A stretch of 49,638 bases of DNA from Amoebophrya sp. A120 (Eukaryota > Protista > Dinoflagellata), in contig CAJINV010000023.1 in NCBI GenBank assembly GCA_905178155.1, forward strand, positions 754,775-804,412. Direction: 5' to 3'. A program made the position numbers and the translations under genes. Below the pieces are notes generated by a model, which saw only the letters and a program-made list of their open reading frames with translations, had not been told where the DNA came from and made no database searches. This document shows positions 1 through 11,511 of this stretch, one piece after another. Numbering within the stretch: position 1 is the first letter of the stretch; each line of letters begins with the position of its first letter.

Positions 1-1960
1 GGCAGGCCGACCCGCGACTTGCTCGCGCTCTCTATTGTTTTCATTCTATGCGCTTATTGGCATCGGCTTTCGCGAATCTCTCGAGTTACGCCATTGTGTT
101 CCTGGAATTCGGCCATCAGAAGCACGCATGGCGTCGGACATCAGACCCCATTTCCTGGGACAATAGCTCCCGAGCGGCTAGCTAAGCAGGCCCGGGCACC
201 TGGCGAGGACAGAGAAAAAATGAAGGATTGCCAAGCCCACTCGCCGAAGCAAGCGAATCGCATAGGAGGCTGGCCGCGTCTTCCGCTGTCAGGACCGTGT
301 TCAATTTGGTACATAGGTGCGCACACGCATGGCGGCGATGGACAGCTGCTTCATAAGCTTTACCCCTGCACCATCCATATTTTTGAGCCAGTGGGCCCCT
401 TCGTGGACAGTCTGAAGAAAGTTTGGGGCGCAAAGGGGCTGACTCGCGTTGAGTTCCACACCTTTGGCCTGGCCGCAAAAGCCCGACGAATCAGCAATGT
501 CGTTTACGACTCCGGTGATGGATCATCAACATTCAGCCTGGGCGAATCGAGCGGCGGCATGTACGGCGCCGCACCCGGCCAGAAAACTACAGACTTGGAG
601 TTGCGATCCGTAGCAGATGTGTGGCAAGCACTGCAGCAAAAAGGTCCGAAGGGCAGCGCTGTCGTGGACTTCATCTTCATGAATTGCGAGGGGTGCGAGT
701 ACGAGGTACTGCCTGCGCTCAGCAGCGCCAACTTACTTCCACAAGTGAAGTTCATACAGTGGCGACCCCACGAAAATTTCGAAGAGCTTCCCAGCATTCC
801 GGAAACCTACTGCCGCATTGAAAATTTTCTCAAGGAGTCGCATCGCATTACGGAGCGAGACGGCGGGGTTGGAAAGCGCATTAACTGGGAACGTTGGCGC
901 AGTACTGCAGAGGCTGGCCCTGCCACCAGCATCAGCCTGACGGCCGCACCATCTGCCACGAGTGCCAGACCGGCCAGCGTGGACACGACAAAGCTGCGAA
1001 GCACAATGCAAACCTGTGAGGCCCGCTCGCCCAAGCAAGCGAATCGCATAGGAGGCTGGCCGCGACTTCCTCTGTCGGGACCGTGCTCAATTTGGTACAT
1101 AGGTGCGCACACGCATGGCGGCGATGTATCACATCGAAACGTTGTGTCCCTGCCCCGTTCACAGAAATAAGCGGCGACATTTGTATACGCACATTTCTCC
1201 AAAAAGCAAAACGACCGCGCGCGGCAAAGTATCTTGGTTATGTGATCACAAGAACACCTTATGCAAATCACAGAACCAATGGCGCATGAAAAAATGCAAA
1301 CTGCGCTCGCTTTCGTTTTGGTTGTGATTCCTGGAATAGTTATGAGGACCCTTTTCGGTGTGATATCACGGACAGCTGCTTCATAAGCTTTACCCCTGCA
1401 CCATCCATATTTTTGAGCCAGTGGGCCCATTCGTGGACAGTCTGAAGAAAGTTTGGGGCGCAAAGGGGCTGACTCGCGTTGAGTTCCACACCTTTGGCCT
1501 GGCCGCGAAAGCCCGACGAATCAGCAATGTCGTCTACGACTCCGGGGATGGATCATCAACATTCAGTCTGGGCGAATCGAGCGGCGGCATGTACGGTGCC
1601 GCACCTGGCAAGAAAACTACAGACTTGGAGTTGCGATCCGTAGCAGATGTGTGGCAAGACCTGCAGCAAAAAGGTCCGAAGGGCAGCGCTGTCGTGGACT
1701 TCATCTTCATGAATTGTGAGGGGTGCGAGTACGAGGTACTCCCTGCGCTCAGCAGCGCCAACCTACTTCCACAAGTGAAGTTCATACAGTGGCGACCCCA
1801 CGAAAATTTCGAAGAGCTTCCCACCATTCCGGAAACCTACTGCCGCATTGAAAGTTTTCTCAAGGAGTCGCATCGCATTACGGAGCGAGACGGCGGGGTT
1901 GGGAAGCGCATTAACTGGGAACGTTGGCGCGTTAACGGCGGACCTACCTCTGTGAAATAA
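1..1960 (+). CDS. FkbM-family SAM methyltransferase with two tandem near-identical domains and N-terminal membrane anchor (5' end probably outside window); one non-canonical intron ~1127-1370
   Basis: Motifs WYIGAHTHG, IHIFEP, FGLA and FMNCEGCEYEVL occur twice; frame 1 is open from base 1; removing 244 nt joins ORF 19..1170 to ORF 1421..1960; hydrophobic LLALSIVFILCAYW. Confidence 0.85.
226..1930 (+). repeat. Intragenic direct duplication (~226-901 vs ~1014-1930)
   Basis: Near-identical nucleotide sequence; only copy 2 contains the 244-nt insertion. Confidence 0.95.
1127..1365. mobile_element. TIR introner (no family mate in window)
   Basis: TIR TATCACATCGAAA/TTTCGGTGTGATA; flanking 5-mers CGATG/TCACG; absent from the paralogous repeat; element+5=244 restores frame. 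Confidence 0.9.
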
Positions 1961-2874
1961 GTAGTCGCAGCGAATGTAGTCGTGCGCATTTTTACTTCGC
2001 GCTGAGCTAGACTCTCCTTCATCATGTTCACATCTACTTCAAATAAACATATTAACTCACTCGCCTTAGTGTTTGCCCACCGGCGCAGCCCTGGGAACTG
2101 GTTTTTAAGTATGCTTATTCTCGTTACACGCGGAGGAGCCATAACATATGTAGCAACAAGACTGCTTCTATAATCCAAGCGGGCGTCCTCCCCAATATCC
2201 TGGCACTGCGCGCAGTTGTGAAGAATCTTCTACGATTCTAGTATAATATCTGATGTGTAGTGCGTCGAGTTGGCCTGGTTCTTCCTCGATTCTCTCGCGA
2301 TGTGGTTGGTTGCATCCCGTGCAAGGTCATGCGTTTGCGCCTGCTCGTGTGAAAAAAGGAGGCCCCCACCTCCAGGGGAGGCCGAAGCCATGAACTGCTC
2401 GCTTCTGCTTCTAGGATCGATCTGCGTATTTTTGAAAGAGAAGAGTTATTTACTTCCCTAGCTGGTTTTTTCATGAGTGACGGGAAAAGAAGCAGCGGCC
2501 CTGGTCATTTTTTACCTCTGTAGCTTTTGAAGGCGTGCGCGTGCTAACCACCTCCAGCAAGTCCATTTTTACCAACACACGCAAAAAGATCTGGCACACA
2601 AATGCAAAGATAGAATCTTCGGCCTGCACTACGCGGGACACAATTGTCGTGCCTGCAGTTTAGCAGGTGTGGTGGAATTGTATGTAATCTCGGAACTTCA
2701 ATTCTATCACTAGGACGCTCGGCGCTACGCTGATAAGACCACCTCCTATTCGCAGTATCCCGAGAAAAAGCTGCTCCTCGTGGTGGCGCTGCGCTTGATA
2801 AAACTCGATGGCATGCAAGCAGCATTCGCCTAGGAAGTCTTTGCGCAGCCTCGGTCGAAGCGCGGTATCGTAAA

Positions 2875-5800
2875 ATGTCTGCGCCGCTGGTGGCTTCAGC
2901 GCAAGCGCACGCCGGTTTGGTAAGATGGTCACTGCTGTGGGTTTTGCTCGAGGCCGTCTTCCTTGCCTTGTTTTGGGGTGCGAGATACTTGACGATCAGC
3001 ACAGACAACCTCGCGCACTTAAGGCGGGTGACGAAAATAAACCGTAGTTATGTGACAAATCCACCAGGACCTCCCGCTGCGCCAACACCAACATCAAAAA
3101 GCAAACAGGAGACCGCAACAAAAACAAACGCCGGCGGTGCCGGAATAAATTCCCGCCCCGAGCGGCAGCGCAGAAGCCCTACTGAACTCCGCGGAGCCCA
3201 CGAAACTTTGCGGCAGCGTCTATTACCGTCCTTGGACGCGTGCTCCCTTTCTATCGTGAGAAAAAATCCCCCCTCCCCATATCGAAAACGAAATCTGTGA
3301 TGCTGTATTTGAGCCTCAAGTCGACTTGTAATGCTAGAAGGCCAAGAGACGCAGCTGTGGCCTCGTTTGCAGGCAATTTGTCACGCTGTTTCCCACTTCC
3401 AGCTGCCCCCTGTCATGCTGAAGATGCAAGGCTTTCCCACGCCAACCAGCGCTACAGTCCGCATCTTTTCCCTTCTAGCATGACACAGCTGATTTGTGAC
3501 CGCAAATCTGCGTCACAAATTTCTAGTTTAAGTATGGGGTGGGGGGATTTTTCCTTTTGATACTTTCCGTCGGATTTTCGAAGAAGACAAACGAGGGGAA
3601 CAAGACATCATCTTCGAAGCTGATCTCCCCCGATGTGGTTTCTGGAAAATTGCCGACGACGCATGCGTTCTGGCGGTCGCGAGCGGACTGCACTGCCCTG
3701 CAGTTCTGCCACGATCAGCGTCCCTCTCCACCCGAGTGTGACCTGTGTGTGGTCATTGGGCAATTTGTGGAGAAGGATCGCCTCTATTCGCAACGAATAT
3801 GCCGTGGCCGGTTTACGGGGGGGTCGTCCGCTATGGGGGTGTCAGGATCGTCGAAATCGACAAAGTAGAAATAATCTGTCATGCACAAAATGCGACACAG
3901 AGGGTGCCTCTATTGCAGGGGATGGAAAGGAGGCTGATTTTAGTCCTGCTAAGGGTCAAGAGTTGGGCTGCTGACTAGCACGACAGCAGGGAGCTCCTTT
4001 ACTTACCCTAAACAGCATGACAGATGACTCGCTTCCGGCGCGGGGAAAATTTGCCATGCGCCGACTATAAGCCCTGGGTCCAACTGGAGGTATCGCTTTT
4101 ATGCATTACAAGTTTTTCGTTTTTGTCGATTTCGCTTCTGACGCTTCCATATCCGCGTGGCAGGATCCGGTTCATTTGGGCGACTTCTCGGACCAGGCAG
4201 TGCCCGCACGGTATTGTGAGGAAAAATCCCCCATCCCCATACCAAAGCGGGATACTTCTGAAAATTTGTGATGCTGATTTGAGACCACAAATCGTTTCTG
4301 TATTGCAAGCAGGCAAATCCAAAAACCTGGCCGCGTTCTGCAGGTAATTTGTCATGCTGTATGGCCTACGGAGGAAATGCCTGCCTTGCTAGGCGCCTAC
4401 ACCAAAACGCACCTAGTCCCGCTTTGTACTTACTTGCCTGCACTCCTCTCCTGCAAGACAAAGCCGACTCGTGTACAGAAGTCCCGCATCACAGATTTCC
4501 ATTTCGACATGGGGAGGAAGGATTTTTCCTTTTGGTACACGGATCACCTTCAACATGAGCGGGTGGCTGGATTTCCGGGTGAATCCTCTGAACTGGGGCC
4601 ATTTCCTTCGCGGCAACTTGGGATTCGGCAACGCACTCCTGAAAGGAATCGACGCCCTTCCGTGCGTATCAAATGCAAATATCGATCTGCGTCTGGAAGA
4701 TTGCAAGGTTTGTCATGCATATTTCGCATGAGCTATGATGCCTGTAATGCATGACCGAGCATCACAAATTTTTTGCGGGTATCTAGATGTCTATTCCGCA
4801 TGACAAATTCCCGCTCCGGAGCAAAAACTGGACGCCTCGTCTTGCTGCTCATGCAATACAGATTTTTTTAGATTTCAAAAATAGCATCACAAGTTGCATT
4901 CTTCCAGACCCAGACACTTTTGCAATCCATAGTGCGAGGTTCGTGGTCCCGAGGTGGCCTACAACAACTGGTGGACTATGTTGGCGAAGCGCAACATATC
5001 CTGTGCAAAAACGTCCCCACCCCATAGTCAAATTGGTAAATCTGCAACACAAATCTCCAAGTTTTGGAAGTTTTGCAGGACAAATTTTCATCTGTAGTGT
5101 AGGGCTGTTTAGCAAGTGCAGCTGCATGAGAAAGCCAGCTTCTCATCCTGTTTCCAGCATTGCAAAGTCCAAAACACGATTGAAAAGGCCTCTCATGCGC
5201 ATTACAAATGTTCCTGTCATTGCACATTTGCACGACAACTATGGGGTGGGGACGTTTTTACTCGGGATACAACAACACAAAGTGTGACCAGGCTAAAAAG
5301 GACAATCGCCTGGCCTCGATCGAAGTAGGCGTGGATCCGGAACTTTCAAAATTGTTTCCGGACAACGCGACGAACAAAGTTTTTTCTTTTCCAAATGAGG
5401 CGCGCGTCCAATATCAGAATGAAAAATCCCCCCTCCCCATACTCAAACTAGAAATTTGTGATGCAGATTTGTGGTCACAAATCAGCTTTGTCATGCTAGA
5501 AAGGGAAAGATGCGGACTGTAGTGCTGGTTGGCGTGGGAATAAGCCTGTGCGTCTTCAGCATAACAGGTAGCAACTCGAGGCGCGAAACAGCATGACAAA
5601 TTGCCTGCAAACGAGGCCACAGCTGCGTCTCTTGGCCTTCTAGCATTACAAGTCGACTTGTGTACTCAAATACAGCATAACAAATTTCGTTTTCGATATG
5701 GTGAGGGGGGATTTTTCCTTTTGATATCCAAGCACAGCTTGCTACGGGGATGACGTGGTCGAGAACCATCCGACTTGGCGGCGCGCCGTTCAATATGGAT

Positions 5801-8800
5801 TGCAAAAATGTCTGGGTCTGGAAGAATGCCAGACTTGTCATGCAGGTTTCCCATGACCCATGAGGTGTGTGGTATGTAGGACATAGCATGACAGATTCTA
5901 CTGTGAGAGTTCTATCACGCCTATCCTGCATGAGAAACTGCCTCTCGATTAGGTCCAAAGTGGACAGCTTTTGGTAATCATGCAACACAGATTTTTCCAT
6001 GATTTTTCAGATTTAGCATGACAAGGTGCTTCTTTCCAGACCCAGACACTTTTGCATTTGATATTCAAGTACGACGACCAACCTGACTACATCACGTTCA
6101 TTCGGAGAAAAGGGCACCGGCAAATTGAGGGCTGGAAGATTATCGCAGATCTTGCGAAAACCTTTGCCGCTTCCCTCGGTATGGAGTACAAAGAGGTATT
6201 CATGGAAGAGAAAACACCAGACGAGCACGCCGCAATCTCACGCGGCTCCTGCGTGGTGCTGATGGGCATGGGGGCGGGTCAGTACACCCTCGAGATGATG
6301 CAGCCAGGCACATTATCCTGTGTAAAAACGTACCCACACCAGAGTCAGGATGGGGATTTTGCAACACAAACCTAGGAGTTTTGTGAGTCACGCATGACAA
6401 GTTGCAGGCTGTATTGTAGTGCAGTTTAGCAAGGGAAGCCGCATAACAAATCCACCTCCTCATCCTGTCCACAGCATCACAAATTCCAAAACACGATTGG
6501 AAATGGCTCTCATGGGGATGCGCATTACAAATCTTCCTGTAACTGCAAATCTGCATTACAACTCTGGTGTGGGTACGTTTTTACTCAGGATACACATTCA
6601 TGGTCTCCATAGATCCCGTGGATTTTCCCTGGAACCAGTACACAAGGTCCTACGCGTATCAAAAGAAAAAAGTTCGTCACGATCACTCATGGGCATTTTT
6701 GCAATACAAAAAATGCGTGTCATGCGGAAACATGCACTACAGCCGAACTTCATACGGGATTTCCTTTAGTGTTTCTGCAATACAGGCAAAAGCTGTGATG
6801 CTAAAAAAATTTGTAATGCAGAGCCTCCAAGTTAGTGAGTGTGACAAACTTTTTTCTCTCCATAACGCGATGTCCAGGGGGCTCACGTATATTGAGTCCG
6901 TGGGTTACAGCAAATACAAAGAACTGCATCTGTACGGCTTCCCCAATCCGGGCAACATTAGAAATTTGGGCCGGGACCCTGTCAAGCGTGAGATCGAGAA
7001 CATTTTCACAGCCATTCGACACGAGCTGCCAGGTTCTCCTTGTCGAACGAAAACAAAAACGACGAGACGCACATCTTCAACCACCGGAGGAATGAGCCGA
7101 GAGCTAAAGACCGGCTCAGCGTCAGCAGCAGTCGCTGCACACGACCCCGGGCGCCCGCTCTGGGCCCGAAACCACGGCAAATCACTAGAGCGCGCACGCA
7201 GCACCGACACAAAAGACTGCGTCGCGGCGCACTTGGGCAAATGGCGCGTGAATAAGACAGCCACGCCTTCGGACGCGCACCTAAACTGCATCGGACGCCT
7301 TTTCGGCTACGACGATCGCATTCACCCGATCGAGTGCGATCTTTGCCGTGGTATCGCGAGGAATCATTTCCAGGCCGACAAGCTCTACCACTTGCGGTAC
7401 TGCAGTGCGTGGTATTCGGAAGCAACCCAGGCAGCGTGGAGAGAGTTAGCTACTGGCGTCGGGTTCAACAAAACGGCCGGGGCCGCGAGGGCGCTACTGG
7501 AAAATAAGCCACAGGTTGTTGTGGACCGGCCCATATGGATTGTAAAAATGTCTGGGTCTGGAAGGATGTAACCTGTGATGCGCATTTCAGAACACACAAA
7601 AATCTCTCATGCATGGGTAGCAAAAGCTGCCCACTTTCTGTCACCAAAATGAGGGATTTGTCATGCGGGTTCGGCATTGCGGAAGCTTCTCGAAACCTGT
7701 GATGCTAGAGCTTCCATGCCAGACCTCCCGTGTCATGCAGAAACAGCATGACTCTTCCAGACCCAGACATTTTTACATTTGATAGCCCACGCAGGTAGAA
7801 ATTTTTGGGACTATGAAGCGTGAAGACATGGAGCCGGGCGATTTTGTTGGGGGACCACTTGTATCCAGTGCAAATATAATGTGTGGGTCTGGAAGGCTAC
7901 AACTTGTCATGCAGATTTTACATGGCCCGCGACGTCTGTGATGTATTCGCTAGAAGCGTCACAGATGTTCTGAGTGCTCTTTGATGCCGATCCCGCATGA
8001 GAACAAATGTCCTGCTCACATAACAAAAACTAGATTTCTCCTGCTGCTCAGGCAATCCAGATATTTTTGGAAAAATCCAAGAGCAGCATGACAAGTTCCA
8101 CCTTTCCAGACCCAGACACCACGACATGTTTGCATTTGATAACTTGGGTATGTAGCCGCGGTGCTGTACTCGGGACGGGTCTTCAGTCCGTGCGCAATGA
8201 TCGTCAAGGGCAGCGCGGCAAAGTTCGAAACTTGGCTCCGCATGGTGTTTTTGCGGGACCCGGGTCGTGGCGACACTGCGAAAGCCACGCCCTGTCCGGC
8301 GGGCGCTGCAACGCTGAAAATAGACTTGACAAACTGGGACTCCGCAGAAATGGCGATGGCATACGAAGCCAGGAGGTGGGCGCGCAACGGCCATGCTGTT
8401 GGTGCACAAGTGTAGTGCAGGGAAAATTATTCTCCATCTCGTCATACAACTACTCAAAAGCACAACATTCCGAGTGCGCGATCTGTTAATCATAATCACA
8501 CGACAAATGTCGACTTGCATTGCTAAAAAATCAACAAGATACGTCAGCACACCTGCGGCCTCATTTATTGCAGGCTATGTCTCATGCTATACTTCGCGGC
8601 TGTGTAGAAGTTGCTGCTTCTCATACTGAAGACGCGAAGGTTCTTTATCACGCCAACCAGCCAGCACTACGATTCGCATTTTTATTTCCTTCGTAGCATG
8701 ACAACTTTGCGTCCTCGATGATCACAAACCATGCTACATAAATTTCATGCGAAACATGGCGAGGTCGAGTTGTTTTTGATTTTGATAAAATGCTTCCTTA

Positions 8801-10319
8801 TCTGATTAGCATTCCTGCACCGGAGGGACCCCGCCGCGAGCTGGCGGCAAGTGAGCACGAAGGCAGGACAGGTGATGACCGACGGCAGGCAAAGGCAACA
8901 CTGCCTAAAACGCTGGTGTTTGTGCACGCGGACGGATCCTATTCGGGTAAACAAAAAGGTGCGCAGGCAGCTGCTACAGCACTGAATAGTACTGCGCTGC
9001 CGCGCTTAGCGAAAAAGCTGGGACTCTCGTACAAGGTCCTAGATCTTGGCAGCGCGCAGAAGTCTTCGAAGCTTGCGAGCGCAGCGACACTGGCCGGCTC
9101 GCTTGCTTCCGCGTGCGTTATCGTTGGGGAAATAAATCCCCCCTGCCAATACGCAAGAGAGGACTTGTGATGCTTCATTTGTGGTGTCTACAATATAGGT
9201 TTGCTTGCTGTGTGGGACTACAGGCACGGGTCGTGTCCTGTTGTAGGAACTTAGTGTGGCCGATCGATCCTCTGCTCTGCAGGCCCAGCAGCATTTTTTC
9301 GAAGCGCTTGCTTGATGCGGCGGAGTCTGTGGAGTTGCCATCTTCTTGCAAGACGGAGTAGAACTACATCTGTTGCCACAAATGGGCATCGCTCTCAGTA
9401 TGGGGACAGGGGTGGATCTTCCCTTACGATATGCGTTCTCGTTTCCCTAGTGGGTCCCGGGCAGGGGTTATTTTCGATTGCCAAGCCCGGCACGTTCGCA
9501 GTTTCCATCAGCCCAACGGACTGGGTCTACAACGAATGGGCCCGCTCCCGAGCATATGCATTGCAAACATGTCTGGGTCTCCTGGGCTTGTGATGCGAGA
9601 ATTATCGGATGCCGCGACCAAAAATATCCGTACTGCATGAAGAACCCTAAACCCTAAACCCTAGACTGGCTTGCTTTTTTGCCGTGCAAATAGAGAGCAA
9701 TTTTGCAAGCGATGTACGACAGAATCTGTAAGGAAATTGTTCCTAAAGCTTGGCATCCCGTCGTGCCGACGTTTCAAAAGGAGCCGCTGCGTCTTTCCAG
9801 GACGTCGACTCAGCAACACGAATTCGCTGCATCTTTCCGGACCCAGACATGTTTTCAGTGGATAGAGCAATCGCGCGCGGCTTGCATTATCTCGAGCTTT
9901 CCGAGTCCATCTTCTACTCCGCAGTGACGAAAGAGGAGCAGCTACCATTTGTGAAAACGTGCCCACACTATAGCCAAGTCTGGAACTTTTACTCCGCAAG
10001 ACAAATCCAGAACTTTTGGGAGTCGTCGCGCATGATAAGTTTCGACTTCAGTGTGGTCATGCCTAGCTTTAGACCAGCTGCAGAACAAACTCAGCCTCTG
10101 CCAGCGACTAGTTCGCGAGATGAAATTTCCAAACAGGACTAGAAAACGGTGAGAAATAATTTTACGACTTTGCAAATACGCATGACAAGAAATATGGGGT
10201 GGGTAAGTTTTTAGACAGAATAGGAGATTTGGGGACGGGACCGCGAGATAAATGCAGGGGAAATCGCCGCTCTGGAAAGCTTTCTGCTCGCTGAGATGCC
10301 TCATTCAGAGGCCTGCTAA
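2875..10319 (+). CDS. Type II membrane protein with two tandem GT61-like glycosyltransferase domains; 16 exons, 15 non-canonical introns
   Basis: TM WSLLWVLLEAVFLALFW; reconstructed NWGHFLRGNL, FIRRKGHRQI, VVLMGMGAGQYTLEMMQPGTFMVSIDP, YAMSRGLTY; second repeat ECDLC...VSLVGPGQGLFSIAKPGTFAVSISP...AIARGLHY; stop TAA 10317-10319. Confidence 0.8.
3252..3562. mobile_element. TIR introner, family A
   Basis: TATC..AAAAATCCCCCCTCCCCATA termini; perfect 5-mer CTTTC; 316 nt restores frame. Confidence 0.95.
3832..4151. mobile_element. TIR introner, family D
   Basis: TATGG..GTCAG..CGAAATCGACAAA TIR; perfect TCCGC; 325 nt restores frame. Confidence 0.9.
4212..4537. mobile_element. TIR introner, family A
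   Basis: Perfect CACGG; 331 nt restores frame. Confidence 0.93.
4667..4931. mobile_element. TIR introner, family B
   Basis: TATCAAATGCAAA..TCTGGAAG / CTTCCAGACCCAGAC termini; perfect GTGCG; 270 nt. Confidence 0.93.
4997..5269. mobile_element. TIR introner, family C
   Basis: TATCCTG..AAAAACGTCCCCACCCCATAG TIR; perfect CAACA; 278 nt. Confidence 0.95.
5412..5726. mobile_element. TIR introner, family A, opposite orientation to 3252-3562
   Basis: Perfect TCCAA; 320 nt; interior is the reverse complement of 3252-3562. Confidence 0.95.
5794..6063. mobile_element. TIR introner, family B, opposite orientation to 4667-4931
   Basis: Perfect TTCAA; 275 nt. Confidence 0.95.
6314..6592. mobile_element. 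TIR introner, family C
   Basis: Perfect CACAT; 284 nt. Confidence 0.95.
6657..6864. mobile_element. TIR introner, stop-free in frame
   Basis: Perfect ACGCG; 213 nt; ORF 6567..7571 reads through it. Confidence 0.88.
7534..7784. mobile_element. TIR introner, family B
   Basis: Perfect GCCCA; 256 nt. Confidence 0.93.
7862..8141. mobile_element. TIR introner, family B
   Basis: Perfect ACTTG; 285 nt. Confidence 0.93.
8413..8787. mobile_element. Degenerate TIR introner, family A-like
   Basis: AAGTG/AAATG; 380 nt joins ORF 8161 to ORF 8790. Confidence 0.8.
9119..9431. mobile_element. TIR introner, family A-like
   Basis: Perfect TGCGT; 318 nt. Confidence 0.9.
9555..9864. mobile_element. TIR introner, family B, containing a telomeric tract
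   Basis: Perfect GAGCA; 315 nt. Confidence 0.9.
9645..9663 (-). repeat. Interstitial telomere-type repeat (TTTAGGG, ~2.7 units)
   Basis: CCCTAAACCCTAAACCCTA on + strand. Confidence 0.7.
9943..10222. mobile_element. TIR introner, family C (decayed)
   Basis: GCAGC/GGAGA; 285 nt gives last exon WGRDREINAGEI...EAC*. Confidence 0.82.
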
Positions 10320-11104
10320 GTCCTCTGCTCCTTCGTCATTGATGATTCTTGCGTAGCGAATGATCTTCGGCGTCGCTAGCCAGAAATGCAGGTTTTCGGA
10401 GCACGACGCCAATCGAGGTTGAACGCTAGATGGACACCTACCGGGACGCCGCCGGGAAACCTTCACCATCCACGACCGTGCGCGCACAAAGTAAGCAGTC
10501 CTTGCTGGGTTTATGTGTTACGGCGCAGTTTGGCGCTCAAGCGTTTCATGGTGACCATCACCATCAACTGTTTGCTTATTGTCCAAGCGCAGCACCTTGC
10601 TAGGCGCAAGAAAGTATCTTAAGAGAGAGTCTATCTATAGATAGCGGAGGATTCTGCAGCGCACTATTTGGTTGGTAGAATAACGAATCAAGGCGCTCCG
10701 AGAGGCGCGGAGTTGCTATGCTGTCTAAGGTTTGGCAGTCGCGGACGCATTTTCTGTATCATCTTAAGTCTGTTTTTCTCTGCTTGAAGTTGTGCGGTAA
10801 GGAAAGAATTTCAACAAGCGAAGGAGCGTCGAAGGGCAACGCTTCTACTTTCAAGGTCATGTTGCTGGGACCTCGATGGAAATGCAAAAATATTGCGCAG
10901 GGAACGAAAATATTTACGTGAGAAGTCGAATAATCTCCGCGGGGACGGGTGTGAGAAAAGGTCTGAACTTTGCGCGGACGCCTGGCTGAATCATTTGCGT
11001 TCTTGTTGGTGTCTTCAATCTTGACTTCGCTTCATCTCTACTGGGCGAGGCTTACTAGTATTGCTAGCGTGGCAAAATGATTTGGCTACCTACGCCTGGA
11101 CTCG

Positions 11105-11388
11105 TGCGTAGAATCAACACAAATTACATGAACTGCAAAAAAGTTGCAAGAGGAACCTATGGTTCTTGTCGTCTCTCTCTATGTAAGAGCAAGCACATTT
11201 AGTATCATGATCCCGCCATCGAAAACGACGCTGATTTTTGCAGCACAAAAGGTATCATGGTAGCCACAACACCACCCCGCTTCTTCAACATAGCCGCAGT
11301 ACTTCCGCTGCTTGCGCGGCATCTTTGGTCGTCCTTCTGCCTCCGGAGGTGGTTCTGGCGACCAAGTTTGCAAGCCAACGCCGCTTGT
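11105..11388 (+). pseudogene. Frameshifted copy of the upstream region and 5' CDS of the GT2 gene (~27505-27780)
   Basis: Shared CTCTCTATGTAAGAGCAAG, CATCGAAAACGACGCT, ATGGTAGCC, CATCTTTGGTCGTCCTTCTGCCTCCGGAGG; 2-nt deletion shortly after ATG 11257. Confidence 0.8.
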
Positions 11389-11511
11389 TCGACAAGTGTG
11401 TAACTGTAACGCTTTTTTCTTGGGATAGAAGCGGAGCATATTATTTCTCGGTGGCGGCATTTGATGTTGAGTGCGACAACCTCGTCGTTTAGTCAGCAGC
11501 AGCAGGATCAT

